A stretch of 64,000 nucleotides of DNA from Tubulanus polymorphus (Eukaryota; Animalia; Nemertea): contig NC_134030.1 in NCBI RefSeq assembly GCF_964204645.1, positions 6,490,778-6,554,777 of the forward strand, in the 5' to 3' direction. Numbering within the stretch: position 1 is the first letter of the stretch; each line of letters begins with the position of its first letter. Shown here piece by piece: positions 1-32,427 of the stretch. The notes under the pieces were generated by a model that was not told where the DNA came from, did not search any database, and saw only the letters and a program-made list of their open reading frames with translations. A program made the position numbers and the translations under genes.

Positions 1-795
1 CTTAGGCCACTAATGAGCTTCAATGTCTATCAGCAGACACAGTAGTGCAATAATCAAGTATTGTCAGGAGAAAATATTGACAGAGATAGAAATTGATGTG
101 TCGGAATCTTCTCGCTTAATTAGAAAATTAAACTTCACCATCATCTGAATTTATCTTCGGCAAGTCATCTCCCAGTCCAGGTACCAGTTGCACAGTCATG
201 TCCCCACAAAATTTCTCAAAACGTGAAACTGGTCTGGAGTTGTCGGATTGACCATAGAACCAAATTGGGAGTTGCTGCTGGCACAATTGATTCGTCAGGT
301 CTGTTTTTCCCATCTCGGAACTAGATTGTTATGCTTGTCTATTCCACGGAACAATAACTTGACCTGTTGTTCCCGTCAATGTGGTTTCTGAATTTTCTTT
401 GTCTCGTTCTTGGAATTGTCAGTGACAATCAGCCGAACCTAGCCTGGGAGAGCTGTCTTTTGTCGTACACACTCATTTCCCCTGATTATTCTACGTACAC
501 ACTGCATCTCGATGCGAGCAATTTTTGCTCAGTTTCTCGTATCGTGCTAACGAAGGCACTAATGAAATGCCGCTGGTGACTTCAGTTGTCACGATTAACA
601 GTTGACATTTCTGTAGCACTTGTCAGCTAATATTCATTATTACCCATTTCTATCATTTCCACCGTGTTCATCTAAAAAGAGAGCCAATTTTCGGGGAATC
701 TTTTTTATTTGAGACTACCCTCCACCAATCGCGGGGTTATTGCGGTACATTAGTGTATATTCAGCATACGGGTATAATGGAACCTTATTGCTGTG

Positions 796-1087
796 CAATG
801 GGGTCCTACCGGCACCACTACCGTGGCAATCTAGGATTCACTATGGCAGGTGAGGATCCGCCAGGTTTTGCTGGTGGTATTTTATTTTCCTACATTCGAT
901 TCCAGTAAAACGATTGTCATACACTCATCGGCAACGTCAATCTTATATCTACGTGATGACTTGTTTGACAATATTTCCATTTGGAAGCCCACAAGTCCAG
1001 TACAAAGTTCATTAAAAATGAACTAACTTTCACTACATATAACTGAGTGTATTGTTCTGCCATCTGGTATGCGCTGGTGCCCCATTG
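796..1087. mobile_element. MITE with ATGGGG..CCGGCAC TIRs (copy 1)
   Basis: CAATGGGG...CCCCATTG ends. The interior is the reverse complement of 17941-18243. Confidence 0.75.
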
Positions 1088-3839
1088 ATAGAAATTTGTT
1101 CCTGAAGTCTAAAAGTTGTCGAGCTAAAACCAAAGTGCCGAAGATAGACTTTTATTCAGTGTTTAGGCATTATTCCTAGCGCATGCATGTATGAATTGAG
1201 CCAGAAATTATTTTCTCTCATTTGGAGCAAAATTACTGTTTATCATGAAAACAAGGTTCCATTACCGCTCGACTTACTACATGCGCTATAAATTGGACTG
1301 TCGATATAACTGAATTTTGCCGACAAGAGTCAATATGCCCATATCATTTTGATTAAAATTCCCGGAAATGATTTTCTATGAATCCCTAGTAATTAAGGCC
1401 TCCACACCTCATGTGGTAATAAATGTAGTTCCATCGGGGTGACCGTTTTTTTTTTTTTTTTTATAATGGAATAATTTTTTTTAGAAGATATTATTTATCT
1501 TTCCTTTTTTTATGTTCGAACACCCGATGCTTTAAAGTGTAAAAAAAGGAACCTTTAACTAGCGGTGGTTGGGAAAACGTAGAAGGAACTTTTCGATATT
1601 GCGAAGCCACTGAAGGACGTTTTTGTGGTGACGAAATCGGCACTCGGCGGAAACGTTGTTTTATACGTGGTAAATGCGTCGTTGGTTTTAAGTCGTTTGA
1701 TTTCGTGTCGTCTGATGAGTTAAATTACGCGTGTATATTTCCAAATGAGTTGTTTTACTGTTCGTAATACAATCATAGTTGCATCGATGCTTCATCGATT
1801 AACGTGACCTTTTTCTCCATCCTGCTTTATATTCGTATTCGAGTCTTACTTTTTTTTTCTTTTTTTTTTCACTTGAAAAGATAGAAATTCAGGGGTGGAT
1901 CTAGGAAAATTGGGTCCAGGCCAGGGTCCTGAAGATAAGAAAAGGCATTTCTAGGGTCTGAAGCAGCCACGTTATTGGCCATTAGTCCTCGGTATTAGAT
2001 ATTTTTGAAGAAATGAAAAAGATGCAATTTTCGAGAGGATGAGTGTCAGATTTATCGGTTTTCACGACATATGTCTTGAAGGAAAGGGCAACTTCAATAG
2101 GAAGCAGCCAGGGGTCCGTACCCTGAAACCCCTGAAATTCCATTTCTTCGCCTATCAATTTACAAACAATTTTCAACCCTTTCGTCTTTCAAATTCTACC
2201 ATACCTGATATTTTGTAAGTTTTTAAATGTATTTTCTTGGATATCACGATTGCCTTTGCATGGTCTGATATCAGGGATTATAGCAGTCCTTGAAGGTTTT
2301 GAAACGGGAATGTGTCAAATCAAGGCCGTAAGTATCATGGAATGGGCTCTAAAATCCTTACATCATTGTCATGGTCTTTGAATGTCATCAGTTATCTGTA
2401 GATCCAAGATCAAAGATCGCTGTTACTGCTCTTACAAAAACTGATTATAAGAATGCCTGGAAAGTGTAGATTTCTGCATTTATACGCCTGGAATTACAGA
2501 AAAAATGTCCTTGAAAGTCATTAAATGAGATTAGCCATGGACACTATGGAATCCTGTATTTAATAGGCCCTAATAGATGAAAGCCTGGCATCATATGAGG
2601 GAAATTGTACCAATATGAGCCCACCACTCGGCCAATCAATTCATAGAAATATCATTAATTGCTACATGATGTATTTATTAGGCCATTTATTGAGTCTAGG
2701 TCTGTCAGTGTCTATATTGTTCCCATAGTTGGAGTGACATATAAAACTTTGTTTAACCTTTTCAATTCTGCAACTTGGTGGATTTAAGATGCGGTTAGGA
2801 CCCTGAAACACTAGACCTTGCTCCCATTCTATATCATTTGCAAAGTTCAATTTTCAATAACGTCACATATTAGTTCAGTACATGATGCATTTTTTAATGA
2901 AAGCTCCAAAATATTTTTTGGCGGGGCGCTAAAATATTGACCAACAAGAAACTGAAATGGCGATTCATCTCGTGTAGAGTTAATGTCGATTGACAATGAA
3001 ATATACGGAATGGATGATACATAGTTGTCTCGAGCGTCAAATCCATGGTTTAAATGACATCAGACATCATCGCATAGATCAACTGTATCGATTTACTATA
3101 AGCAAAGATCATCCTTATTACTGTAAATTAATGCTCATATATATGTACGGCATTCGAATGATATTGTCTAAAACCTGACTGACAGGCTGTAGTCGTTTAT
3201 TATGAAAAAATAAACGACAATAGACCCGTACCGGAGCTAGACGAGGCCAAATATATGCGTTCTTTGACCGGTCGAACCAGAACCAATGAACATTTTGTGA
3301 TTTAAGATTTAGATATATTCTGAAAGTCCTCACTGAGTCAGATATTACAATATTTTACCCGCAGGTTGAAAATGTAGACGGTTTGAAAAAAATTGCGGAC
3401 ATTTTGAGGACATATCGGAAACCAAAGACTGCCCCAGACCTAGACTAGGCCAAATAGGCGCGTCCTCAATGTATTGATAAACTATAAAATAAACAAGAAT
3501 TTTGTGTAATGCAACTGAGATATATTTCACAGACGACTCTTACCTGCAGTTACTAGAAAAGCAGAGTGTTTGAAATAATTGCCAACATTTTTAGGGCATA
3601 TCAGGAACTATGACAGTAGCACCTGCTCCTCTCTAAACCTGCCTCTGAGGTGTGATGGATGTGTTATATCTCATATTTTGAAATTACCCAGTTTCACTAG
3701 TTTACAGGTCAAATCCCTGAAGCTCAATCTCCTGAATTGAATGGATTTCGAATATCTTAAGCCGTAAATCAATAACTGTTCATACTTTCACTCCTACTCA
3801 CTGTCTCCATTTTTGGGCCGAATTCAATGCCACTGATAA

Positions 3840-21830
<17,991 letters not shown>

Positions 21831-22139
21831 CACGCGTGAAACAGATATTCCAGCTGTGAGATTCATTCTTGATATTTTTCATCCAAAGTACAGCCTAAGA
21901 TTTTCCCCAATAGGCCTAAATTGAAGCCGCTTTTTAATTTTACAAATGATTCTATTTGAAAGTAGAGTCAAATGAATTCTGCGCCTGTAAGCTGTAGATG
22001 AGATAAATTTCATGCAAATTCAACACTAGACCAATTTGACCATTATCTCTCACCCCCATGGAACAGCTCTTGAATTTTACAGTCTAAAGTATTTATTTAC
22101 TCCCTCTTTCTGGAGATCTATCCAAATTTCCTCATTTTA

Positions 22140-22341
22140 GGCTAAAAGTGATACCACGTTTCTCATTTCTGCTGAGTTGACCCGGCCGGCCGCCTATCTA
22201 GCCTGTACATAACTTTTCTTTTTTAATCAAGATCAATTTTACCATAACATACCCGGCAGCTATAGAAATTAACTGGATTACAAATTTCATTGCACTTAAA
22301 ACAATAACCCAGTCAATTAGGAGAAACGAGGTATCATTTTT
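22140..22341 (+). mobile_element. Kolobok-like MITE in SIK3 3' UTR
   Basis: TIR GGCTAAAA.TGATACC.CGTTTCTC. Homologous to 34823-35036 and 61083-61246. Confidence 0.75.
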
Positions 22342-22611
22342 AATGTAATGAAATAGTAAGATAAAGAGCGTATTTGTGATATCATATTGCCATATCATTA
22401 TTATTAACTTTAATAGAATGAAATACAAGTCTGAAGAATGAATACAAATTGGTGTTCTGAATCTCGAGTTTTATATCGTTATCGTCGTTAGTTTGAAAGA
22501 AAACTTTGTCATATCTATAGAAAAAGGCAGTTTAGTAATCAATGGTTTTCGATGGAAGATTAATCATATGAAAAAAACTTTCTACTAATGAGATTTGTGT
22601 TGAATAGTGTA

Positions 22612-22638
22612 ATATATATATATATATATATATATATA
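22612..22638. repeat. (TA)n microsatellite
   Basis: Read directly from the sequence. Confidence 0.85.
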
Positions 22639-24500
22639 ATGTATCATAAAATGATGATTGTCAAACATGATATATCTCGTATGCATCTGAACAATACGGG
22701 GTGTCATTTGCTTTTTTCGAGAGAAAATGTCTGGACATTTTTTCGACTTAAATAATTCCACTGTTATTATAAGCAATTGTTTTAGATAGCCCACCGAATT
22801 TTAGTTCTATTCTATCAATCCACCACTGAAAAATGTTGCAGGATTCGTCTTCTTTTTATGATAATTCATTGTATTGATTTATTTTCTAAAAGAAAATGCC
22901 GTTGTTTTCCTAAATACAACTTACATACCCGTACGTCGTATAAATTCATTTTATGGTATGTAGTTCATTGTTTCTGATTTTGAATCATACAAATACATCA
23001 GTCATCTTGATAGAGAAAAATCTTAAGTGATATATCCATTGCCATATGTACTTTATAAATAATATAGTTAAGGAAAGTTTTATTTGACCTGCTTTATTGT
23101 GGTTCGGTGCTCAAGTGTAAATATAAACATCTGATATGATATACTCTCATTTGTATATAGGATTTTTCGTGCCTGTAAATAACGTGGTCTGTCTTTTCAA
23201 AAATTACAGAATGCATGAGTGTTTACAAAATGAATGGTTTTTGTCTTTAAAGAAATTTTTTTCTGTCATCAAGAAATCAGATTTCCAAAATTGAGATTTT
23301 CCAGTCATGTACTCTATATGATAGTGTGTTGTTAGTATAAAGAAAAAAGCTTTTGTGTGATCTTTTTTAATTTATTTATTTATTTCAATGATCAGTCAGA
23401 AGATATAGATAATGCTTGTCAGTACCAAGTGGTAAATAGCAGTTTCTATATCTATAGGAAGGTGTCGTATTAGGACCTATCTGTCCTGGTACATTCTACC
23501 ACGAGGCCTAAAATTTGAACAAGATGTCTAGGAACAACATCGCAAAAGTGTACCATAATCAAATGTCATTTGTGCCTGCTTGTTTTTGCCGGGTTTGTTC
23601 AAAATGGCTTAATTCACCGGGGCAAGTTTCAAAACTATGAAATAAAACTAGGGTTTGTGAAATTTTCTCCGTTATTATTTGGGTGCTTTCACTCTCCGTT
23701 TGAAATGGAAATAGCATGTATGAAATAAGACACAATTTTTATTTGTGTTGAAATTTCTGTTTAGAATTAATTCTTTGTTTATTTTGATTTGTTGCTTACT
23801 TTTTTTGCGAACTTATGTTGGCGCAATGAGAAGGTATATCAAACAAGACTGCATTGAGTTTACCTGATTAAGTTGCTACCCTTGTCATTCCTGTCCTACC
23901 AGTCTATACTACCTATTGTTATCTGCATGTTACACTGGGGAGTTGTTAGGTATGTCTCATATGCCAAGGTGAAGTTCATGATCGACTGGGTCCCCAGACC
24001 ACGCCAGATATAGATACACATAACTCCAATACTCAATTCAACATCATCATGCCAAAAGCTTCTTGACAATACTTGCAAAATCTAATCCTACTAGTAATTT
24101 TATCGTCTATGCATTACTTCACTGATATTTATGATAAGATATCTATTGCAGGCAATATCGTTCAATGGGTATCATGTGGTATTTTGTTCAATAGACAGAA
24201 AAAACTGGAAGACAGTTAATCGACAATATCATGAAAAATTGGATCTCGTAAGGTTAAGTTGAATTGTACATAAAGCTAGATAAGTTAATGGTAAATCCAA
24301 GATTTAGTTTCTGTTGTTGGACACATTGAAAGTAGAAATTATTCCTTTTCCTGAAATCAGGTTCAGAAGTTGGATTATAATAGGCCTAAAAATTTTGCAT
24401 TTTGAATATATAATGTAAGCTGTTATATGTAGTACAAGCAATAAAGTGTTTATCACTGCAACTAGAGATTTAGAAAAGATGGCAGGCTCATGTTCATAAA

Positions 24501-24784
24501 TCCTTTCAGTGCTGACTAATTAATTCCTTAAAGTGCTGGAGATAATATTAAAAATTTAAAAAATTCCACCCTAGTGTGTTGAAAAACGGGAATACCACTA
24601 TTGTGCATCGTCTACACCGCGGCGCGGTACATCGTTAGTTACTAGTATTTCACTATGTTTGACCGGTGCTGCCATTTTTCAAGAGAGATAATTACTAATT
24701 ACATCAATACACCACAGTGCGGTGTACTAGCGAAATCTATCACTGATTTATACACTGCACTACGGTGTAGACGCACTGAAAGGG
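24501..24784 (+). mobile_element. piggyBac-like MITE (copy 1)
   Basis: CCTTTCAGTG...CACTGAAAGGG followed by TTAA. Homologous to 43833-44120 and 44370-44666. Confidence 0.8.
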
Positions 24785-26582
24785 TTAATCAAAAGTTTTA
24801 CGCAAAGTGAAGAATGGCTGGTTTTTATGTGCATTATTATCTATATTATCTGACCATTCCATTAGTAAATTGCGCTCCTTGAAAAAATAGTGTTCAATTA
24901 ATCTTTATGATTGTTAAGTTATTCAAGTCAAGTGTAGATGATGGTTTTATTCCCTTAACCTGTAGTGCTAATTTTGTTAAGGTCCCAAGGAGGCCAGTTA
25001 CACGGTCTAGGTTAATGGGTTTTTAAAGACTAGCCCATTTGGTTCTACAGGTGAATGTCATAACAAAGTCAGATGTTACAACCCTGATTAGCTTTGTAAA
25101 AGTTAACGCTGAATTTCAATATGTGTTTGTAATTTAAGATTTTGTTAAGACCATCTTATGAAATTGAAGACTGCACAGCTAGCCGGGAGACTTCATTTTT
25201 TTCATTATTTTAATAGATATTTAGGGTACTTCGTCATAATTCAAATTTTTGGCTGAAATGATTATTACAAATAGAAAGTAAATTATTGTTATTGGGTTTT
25301 TAGTCCTCTATGGGATGAACTAAAATTACTAACTAACAGATTTGTAATATTGTGTTTTAATTTTTTTCGGCACTGTTTTCAAATGCCATGATGTTATGAT
25401 TTTGTTATATTTGCAGTGTGTACTTATTTTTGGGGAGGGAGGGAGGAAAGGAGGGAAGGATTTAGAGACCATTTGTTAATCTATCATGTTGCCACACTCA
25501 TGTTGAGGCAGTGTGTTGCACAGAATGTTTTTTGAAAAATAAACGTTTTTGAAGAGAAAAGAACGGAATTTGTTTCATTTGCCATTTGGAAAATGGGACC
25601 TGGTTGCCTTTTTTGTCAAGACAGATCATAAAACCTCTCAGAAAATTGCATCGTTTAGGATGGATTTCTACAAAGACCCTAGGTGGAGGAACCTCATTAG
25701 TGACATGGCTGTTTTATGTGAGATGATGTGCTGGAATTGCCATTTTCAATTGCGGTTTTACTTTTTTGCAATCACAAGATTGAATATTAAGATGAACATA
25801 ATTACTTTTACTAGATTGAAAATTATGACGGACGTAACAAAAAGAATGGTTCTTAATTGACTCCATCCAACATATAATTAGTCGAAAGTGAACTACTAGT
25901 AGACTGTTTGCTTGTCGATGAATCCGCACTCCTATACTGAAGTAGAGACCGGCAACCAGTCTAATATGGAAACATGTAGTTTAAAGTCCACAGACAGTCC
26001 ACAGTCCGTATTTTACTCACACCATTGCTTCACGGGTCATCTCGCGTGTACGACGTCTAGCCGCCCGGTTATAGAAGCTTTTCCTGGAAATTGATTGTTT
26101 AAAATTCACCTTAGATTATATAGCAATAGCTTGTAAAGCGATCGCAGGATCACAGCGTATTCATTCTTGGTCTGTTAAAGGTAATTCCGATGCTGTCAAT
26201 CAATATTTGTCGAGGTTTAGAAGGAGGATGCGGCGTGAATGTTGTTGTTGGGTTGTATGTTTTTATCATGAATCTGCGTGACCTTGAAAAGATATTTAGG
26301 GTACCCTGGAAGAGGATTTCTAAATTCGGAGGGCTCGCCAATGCGGGGTCTGCTCTTTGCACTGGAGGGGTCACTGATGCTAAGGAGGTCATCACGCCTT
26401 TGATATGGCTGGCAAGGATGCTGTGCTGTAGTGTTGCCTTCAGTTCTCCAAGAACTTCATATAAAGTGACTGGTCTCACTGTTACTGTTCTGCTAAATAA
26501 CCTTCAACTGATGATATATGCTGACCAGCTCGTCTTAATTTCTGTTTCTCATTTTCAGTTGTTAAATAAATAAATCATCATC

Positions 26583-27125
26583 ATGAGCGGTGGAAAAGCT
26601 GGAGACTGGGATGAAGAAGTGTCTTCGAAGTTCATGCGTAAAGCAAAAGAGGCTCCGTTTGTACCGATAGGTAAGTAATTCCAAAAGCAGCCAGAGAGTA
26701 GCTTGGTGGTATAGATTATTGATAATCCGTCCAAGTTTAAGCTGCTTATAATGTGTGGGCAACACTTCAAAGGTCATTATTGAATATATCTAATATAGGG
26801 TTCTATCGTGATCCGAATAATTTAAAGCTAAACTAACAAACCTGCGTAATTCTCTTGTGTTTCAATACGACTATTGCTTAATTTGGATATTGATTATTTT
26901 CTCGGTATGGTTTCAGGTCTAGCTGGTTTGGTCGCTGCGCTCGGTTACGGAGCCTACGCTTATAAGAATCGCGGTAACGTGTCTACGTCCGTTTATCTGA
27001 TGTCGTTGCGAGTGCGCGCTCAAGCGATGGTCGTCGGAGCAATCACGATCGGTGTCGGCTATTCGCTGTTTAAAACGTTCTACGAAGAACACCGCCCGCA
27101 TCCGGTCGAAAACAACAAGAAATAA
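26583..27125 (+). CDS. HIGD1A: HIG1 domain family member 1 (hypoxia-inducible mitochondrial inner-membrane protein)
   Basis: Exons 26583-26670 and 26917-27125 give MSGGKAGDWDEEVSSKFMRKAKEAPFVPIGLAGLVAALGYG...RVRAQAMVVGAITIGVGYS. RKAKEAPFVP and R..AQ..VVGA are HIGD1 hallmarks. Confidence 0.9.
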
Positions 27126-29329
27126 CTTGTAGTTTACGCATCCGGTACATTAGAAGAACACTGCTCTGCTGTTTTCAATTTCATTCTGCCAACAGACACT
27201 TATTCATTTTACTGTCGGTTATAGTTATTAATATTGAAATGTTTATTCCACGAAATGTGCTAGATATAATATCATTTGTCTCTTGAGGATATTGAAATTA
27301 GTCCAAGCAAGCATCGATTATTGAATAATCCTTTTTGCTATGTGCTAGTTGTGATGTATGAAAGAATTGTCTCAAATTTTTCGAAAGTTTGATGTTGTGT
27401 TTACTGTTAAACTGCTCTTTCAAGATAAGTATTAAATATCTGTTGGTAGAAGTGTAAACTTGAATACCAGTAAATATAACCCCCTATTTTAAGATATTCA
27501 ATATAAAGCCAGTAAAGCCCTATATATACTCGATCGTTTACATCGCGCTGTGTACCGGGTTCAGTTTCACGAAAAAGGTTTTGGAAAATTAATGGAGGCT
27601 GTAAAAAAATAACCGATTCATGGCTAAAAGCTCAGACATACAATTTTTTGAAACTGGTCCCTGGTCTATCGGACACAGGGTATGACGGTATGTAATGATG
27701 TATAGTTTGAAAAGAAGACTTCATCTCGTGTGCATTTGTGTTATATCTTAACATATATAAGTATAGATTTCAACAAATTAGGTGCCATCATCTGTATTAT
27801 GTATGTCTTTAAAACGATAACAGTAGACGTAAGTTTGAAATTCTCTGTCCGTCGAATGGAAGAATCCTTCACCTGTGATTAGCTCCCTACGATTTTATAC
27901 GATCACATTTGTATGTGTTCACAAATTTTAGATGTTAAAAAGAACTAAAATAGTTTATCTATCTATGCGTGCTTCCAAAGATTATACGAGCACGGTTTAA
28001 ATTTTCAAATGAATTTACAAATGAAATGATTAGAGATTTTTTGATATTTTTGTTAAGCAGTATTGCAAGGGCATTGACGACGCAAATATATTTCTATTCA
28101 GATAGTGAAGTAAAATTGTTATATCGGGATTCTACTTGTTCTCTTTCGCTCTTAGAATAGAATTGCGAGATACACCGTTATTTTGTGAATGTATTAAGTT
28201 TAGTGGCCTGTTATTGATTGAAATTCTGTTAATCACATTTACAACCATTATGCAGTGAACTTCGCCCTTCTCTGTCAAAGCCAACTCAGACTTTTGACTT
28301 GAATTAGTCTTTCTGGCTTCCGAACGAATTGTCCTATCCTCAACTGGTAATTCACTTGCCTCGGACCAATTGTGTCCAAGTTAGGCGAGGTTGACTGTAT
28401 TTCGTAGCGAGTCACATATAAACTGCAACTGCTAAATCAGAGTATGATTACCTGTCGACTTATATGCAATTGGCTTTTAGAACAGTGAGTGTTTAGATTT
28501 GAATGATTGGAAGGTTATCAAATAATCTTTTCGTCGACAGTATTATGGGTTTAACTGGAATAAATGGCTTAATTGTAACCGTATATAGAGAAACGTACGA
28601 TAATCAGTAGAGATAAGATGTTTACGTGTTTTTCGTCTTGATTGGAAAAAAAAACTGGAAAATTCACAGAGATGCAGTTTCACACATGTATTGTACGTAA
28701 ATGCTACACTAGTCTAACTAGTAAAATATTTTTGAGTTTAAATCATCTGATGGTTTTTTGTGTTCATTGTAAAAGGTTTTTGTGTTTGTGTCAAATGGAC
28801 GTTTTATTTCAGTTGGAATGCTTCTTCGTCAAATGATTGAATTGTATATGAATTACTTGTAATGTATTGATTGACAATGCGGTGTATTGGATGAAATAAA
28901 AGATGAATTGGGATTTACTCATGAATTTTATGTGTCGCTGTCTTTAATTTAATTTTGGACTTTTCTGGTTTGGATATTTGTTGCATCTCTTTACTGCAGG
29001 CTCCAGAGCCCAGTTCCACTCCATAACAGCTTTGTTGAATTGATAAATTACTCTGTCGTTCTTGGAAACAGGTTTTGGAAATTGTTCGAAATGGTAATTT
29101 TTCCAGGCTGTGGAAAAGCTGAAATTTTGTTTTATTTTCTATGGCTATGGAAAATCAGATAAATCTTTCAAGTTTCCTGTGTATTTAGAATTTTGGGCTA
29201 AATGTCTCGCATTTGACAACAAACTTTATGAAAACACTCAATGGTATTGATAATTAGTACTTAATTACCTTGAATGGGTCTAATTGTCTGTTCTGGGTTA
29301 GCAATGTGTAATTTAGGGGTATGGATTTC

Positions 29330-29849
29330 TAAGGGTTCATATGCTAGTTTCAAACCTGATATACTCCTGAAAAACTATCTAGTCTCTAATCTTCCAAATA
29401 ACCTCATAATTAACTTAACTAAATTTCGAACTGCAAATCATAAGCTCCCAGTAGAAACTGGTAGATGGAATAATACAGAGCGTGCTGAAAGAACATATCA
29501 ATTGTGTAAAAATGGGATTGAGGACGGATTTCACTACCTGGTACATATCTAAATGATAGTAGGGAATTATATCTAGACAGCAGATTTTATACGAACCCCA
29601 ACCTTTTCAAACATAAGTTATTAATGCAAACCAAAGACAGCCGAATTTCGTAAATTGTGTATTATCATTGTGGTAAAATTATGAGATTTTTCACTTTTCC
29701 TTAAAAATAGCTTGCATGTAAACGAATTTTTGATTAGGTATATACCTACTGTACGTCGCATATAATGAAATTTTTTTATGTACTGTATATCACTCAACTT
29801 GTCTTTGTATTAAGACCAAGAGTTTGTCAAATAGTAAAGTAAAGTAAAA
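29330..29849 (+). mobile_element. Degenerate 3' end of a non-LTR retrotransposon
   Basis: KFRTANHKLPVETGRW...ER...LC...IED.FHYL is a decayed C-terminal Zn-knuckle of a LINE ORF2. Frameshift follows, then a (GTAAA)3 tail. Confidence 0.75.
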
Positions 29850-31440
29850 TGAAATTGGGTAACCCGTAAATTAAGAACCCTGTGACTGATTCGCAATTAG
29901 ATATTTGAACATGGATGTCTTTGCGCAAGTGGTTCAGGCCACCGATTCTGAATACCTTCATTTTTTTATCTTCGGCAGTCTCGATCCACCTTTGTACAAG
30001 TTATTGTAATTCAAAAAGCGATGTTTGATACCTTTTCACAGCCCTCTAAATGCAAGAATATACAGTGAATGCAGAGTTTTTAATTTATCGCAAGTACATT
30101 GAAGCAATTACCAATTTCTAATCGCTCAGTTTAGGTAAGAATTCGACACAAAAGGTCGACACAAAAGGTAACACTATTTTCGGCCATGGAAGCGTTGTAA
30201 CCTCGGAAAAAAATCCCGAAAGACTACACAATTACTGAACCATTCACAAGAATGCTTTGTCAAGTGGGATTTCTTTGAAATCATTTTTCATACTATAATA
30301 AAACTAGTTTTTTGTATGATCTATTTCGAAATGTCTATACTAAACTGAGGTTAGAAACAGATCCGACAGACGGCTTGACCTGGTTACCGTAGAAATGAGC
30401 AGCTTATTTTCACCTTTAGAAGTTAACGAAAACAAATATTTGAATTGACGTCTCTGTGTGATGAAAAAAAAACTGAAGTTTATTTTATTGATATATATGA
30501 TTGTCTGATCTACTTACACGTCACATATGACGAACTAAACCGAGAATATTCATTCAATCTATACCAAAATATCCGATCTTAGTGCTTCTTTCGGCATATG
30601 TGATACTTAATTCAGAACGTCGATTTTGCATTCGGCATCATCATATTATATTCGGAAAGAGAGTGCCTAATACCAGGGGAACAATATTTTTCCTATTGCA
30701 TTTTGATATACAAGTTGACGAACCCTTTGACGAAATAAACATTATCAATATCAGGTGTTTGAAATTATGAATATATATGTGTATTCATACTATGATTTGT
30801 GAAGGTCGACCGAAACCTTACCCGGAATTATTACAGTTCAAAGTCGAAACACACTCTGTTTTCAAGAATATGATCTCACGAAATACTGATAATAATATAT
30901 ATAAACAGTACATGAATTACAAGCAGAATTTCGCGTGGCCTTTGCTATCATAAGATATCGACTATCAAATTGGCAAAACGTTCGCACAGCAAGGCAAAAT
31001 GTTCGCATAGCAGGTATTCTTCTAAATTCAAACGAAAAGTGATATGTACGAAATTATAATAAATTAAACATAATAGTTTCAATGCTCCTTACCCGAGGCT
31101 ACTATCCTCTCTACGAACAAAACCTAACGAACTACAACAAAAGATTTCTCGTGTCATCTTTCACATCTATTTGTCGCCGAAAAAGTCGAAACTTGACAAT
31201 AAAACACAAATAGATATTGTGTATTACCGCCTTTAAGTCGATCATTTTTAATGAATTTCTCCGAGAATGAATTCTAGTAGGACTGAGACAGACGCCGAGC
31301 GAAGTTCTGCGTCCAACTATCGCCCCTCCCGCGACTGTAACAGATGCTACGGTGGTGCTAAACGAATTCGCGGAACGGTTCTTCTATGGAAAGTGGTGAA
31401 TTTCACACTTGCATCTCAACGAACACACATCATACTGAAA

Positions 31441-32427
31441 ATGAATAATTTCACGACGAGTTACCGAATCGGCCGTCCGTATATAAGTTACATTTCGCTT
31501 AGATCAGTGGGGATAATGGCCGATGGTTTTCGACAATTTTCGTTGGCAGCTTTACCAGCTATGTTTTGCCTAGGCACGTTCGGCAATGTCGCAACTTTCG
31601 TAATAATGATACATCGTCGATTTCGACGTTTGTCTTATGCTAACTACCTCATCGTTTTGTCCGTCTGTGATTTTCTGTATTGTATTAGTTCGACAATTAT
31701 GCCAGTCGTGCATTTTACAGTGACGCGTTTCTATTCGAGCGAGCTGATATTCTTTTTGAATTCTGATGCCGGCTGTCAATTCTATCAGTTACTTGTCAAT
31801 ACTGCGGGTGCCACTAGTTCATGGCTTATCGTAGCAATATCTATCGAGCGCTTATCAGTTGTGTGGTTCCCATTGACGGCACCGTTGATATGCACCCCCA
31901 CATTTGCGAGAATTACGACGACTTTGATCCTCATTGGTAATCCAATAGTTTTATACGTTTTCCATTATGTCCCGGAGATCCATTTTTCGCGAGTTTTCGA
32001 AGGTTGTTACATAGACGAAAGTCTTATGGACTACACAAACATTTTTTACGTAACCTATGTATATGTTATACCACTGACTCTCATCATATTTGGCAATTCT
32101 ATGATCATCATACGTTTGTTTTGTAGTGTGAATATGCAAGTATCTTCGACTAACAAAACGTCGAAATCGGTTCGAACTACTGTGATGTTAGTAACAGTTT
32201 CACTTGTTTTTGCATTTTGCACTGGACCTGTGACCATCGCGACTCTTTTACCGATTCCAAATCGATACTTTCAATTTCTCAGCGTTAATTTCTTGTCCCA
32301 ACTCATCGCTTGTAATTACGTAGTTAACTTCTATATATACATTTTGTTGGGAAACGAAATAAGGAATTTTTTCATCAAAAATATTTGTAATTTTTGCAAC
32401 AGGAATCCGTCAATGCAGCTCCAATGA
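31441..32427 (+). CDS. Intronless rhodopsin-like (class A) GPCR, peptide-receptor-like orphan
   Basis: Seven hydrophobic segments. TM1 GN, TM2 LSVCD, TM3 C..ISIERL..V.FPL, TM5 IP..LI...N, TM6 F.FC..P, TM7 NYVVNFYIY. Start is ambiguous (ATG at 31267, 31441 or 31516); 31441 is followed by an NFT sequon. Confidence 0.88.
   Translation: MNNFTTSYRIGRPYISYISLRSVGIMADGFRQFSLAALPAMFCLGTFGNVATFVIMIHRRFRRLSYANYLIVLSVCDFLYCISSTIMPVVHFTVTRFYSSELIFFLNSDAGCQFYQLLVNTAGATSSWLIVAISIERLSVVWFPLTAPLICTPTFARITTTLILIGNPIVLYVFHYVPEIHFSRVFEGCYIDESLMDYTNIFYVTYVYVIPLTLIIFGNSMIIIRLFCSVNMQVSSTNKTSKSVRTTVMLVTVSLVFAFCTGPVTIATLLPIPNRYFQFLSVNFLSQLIACNYVVNFYIYILLGNEIRNFFIKNICNFCNRNPSMQLQ

Noticed and set aside
26150-26573. 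ORFs on both strands upstream of the HIGD1 ATG
   Set aside because: They lie in the probable first intron and have no recognisable motifs.
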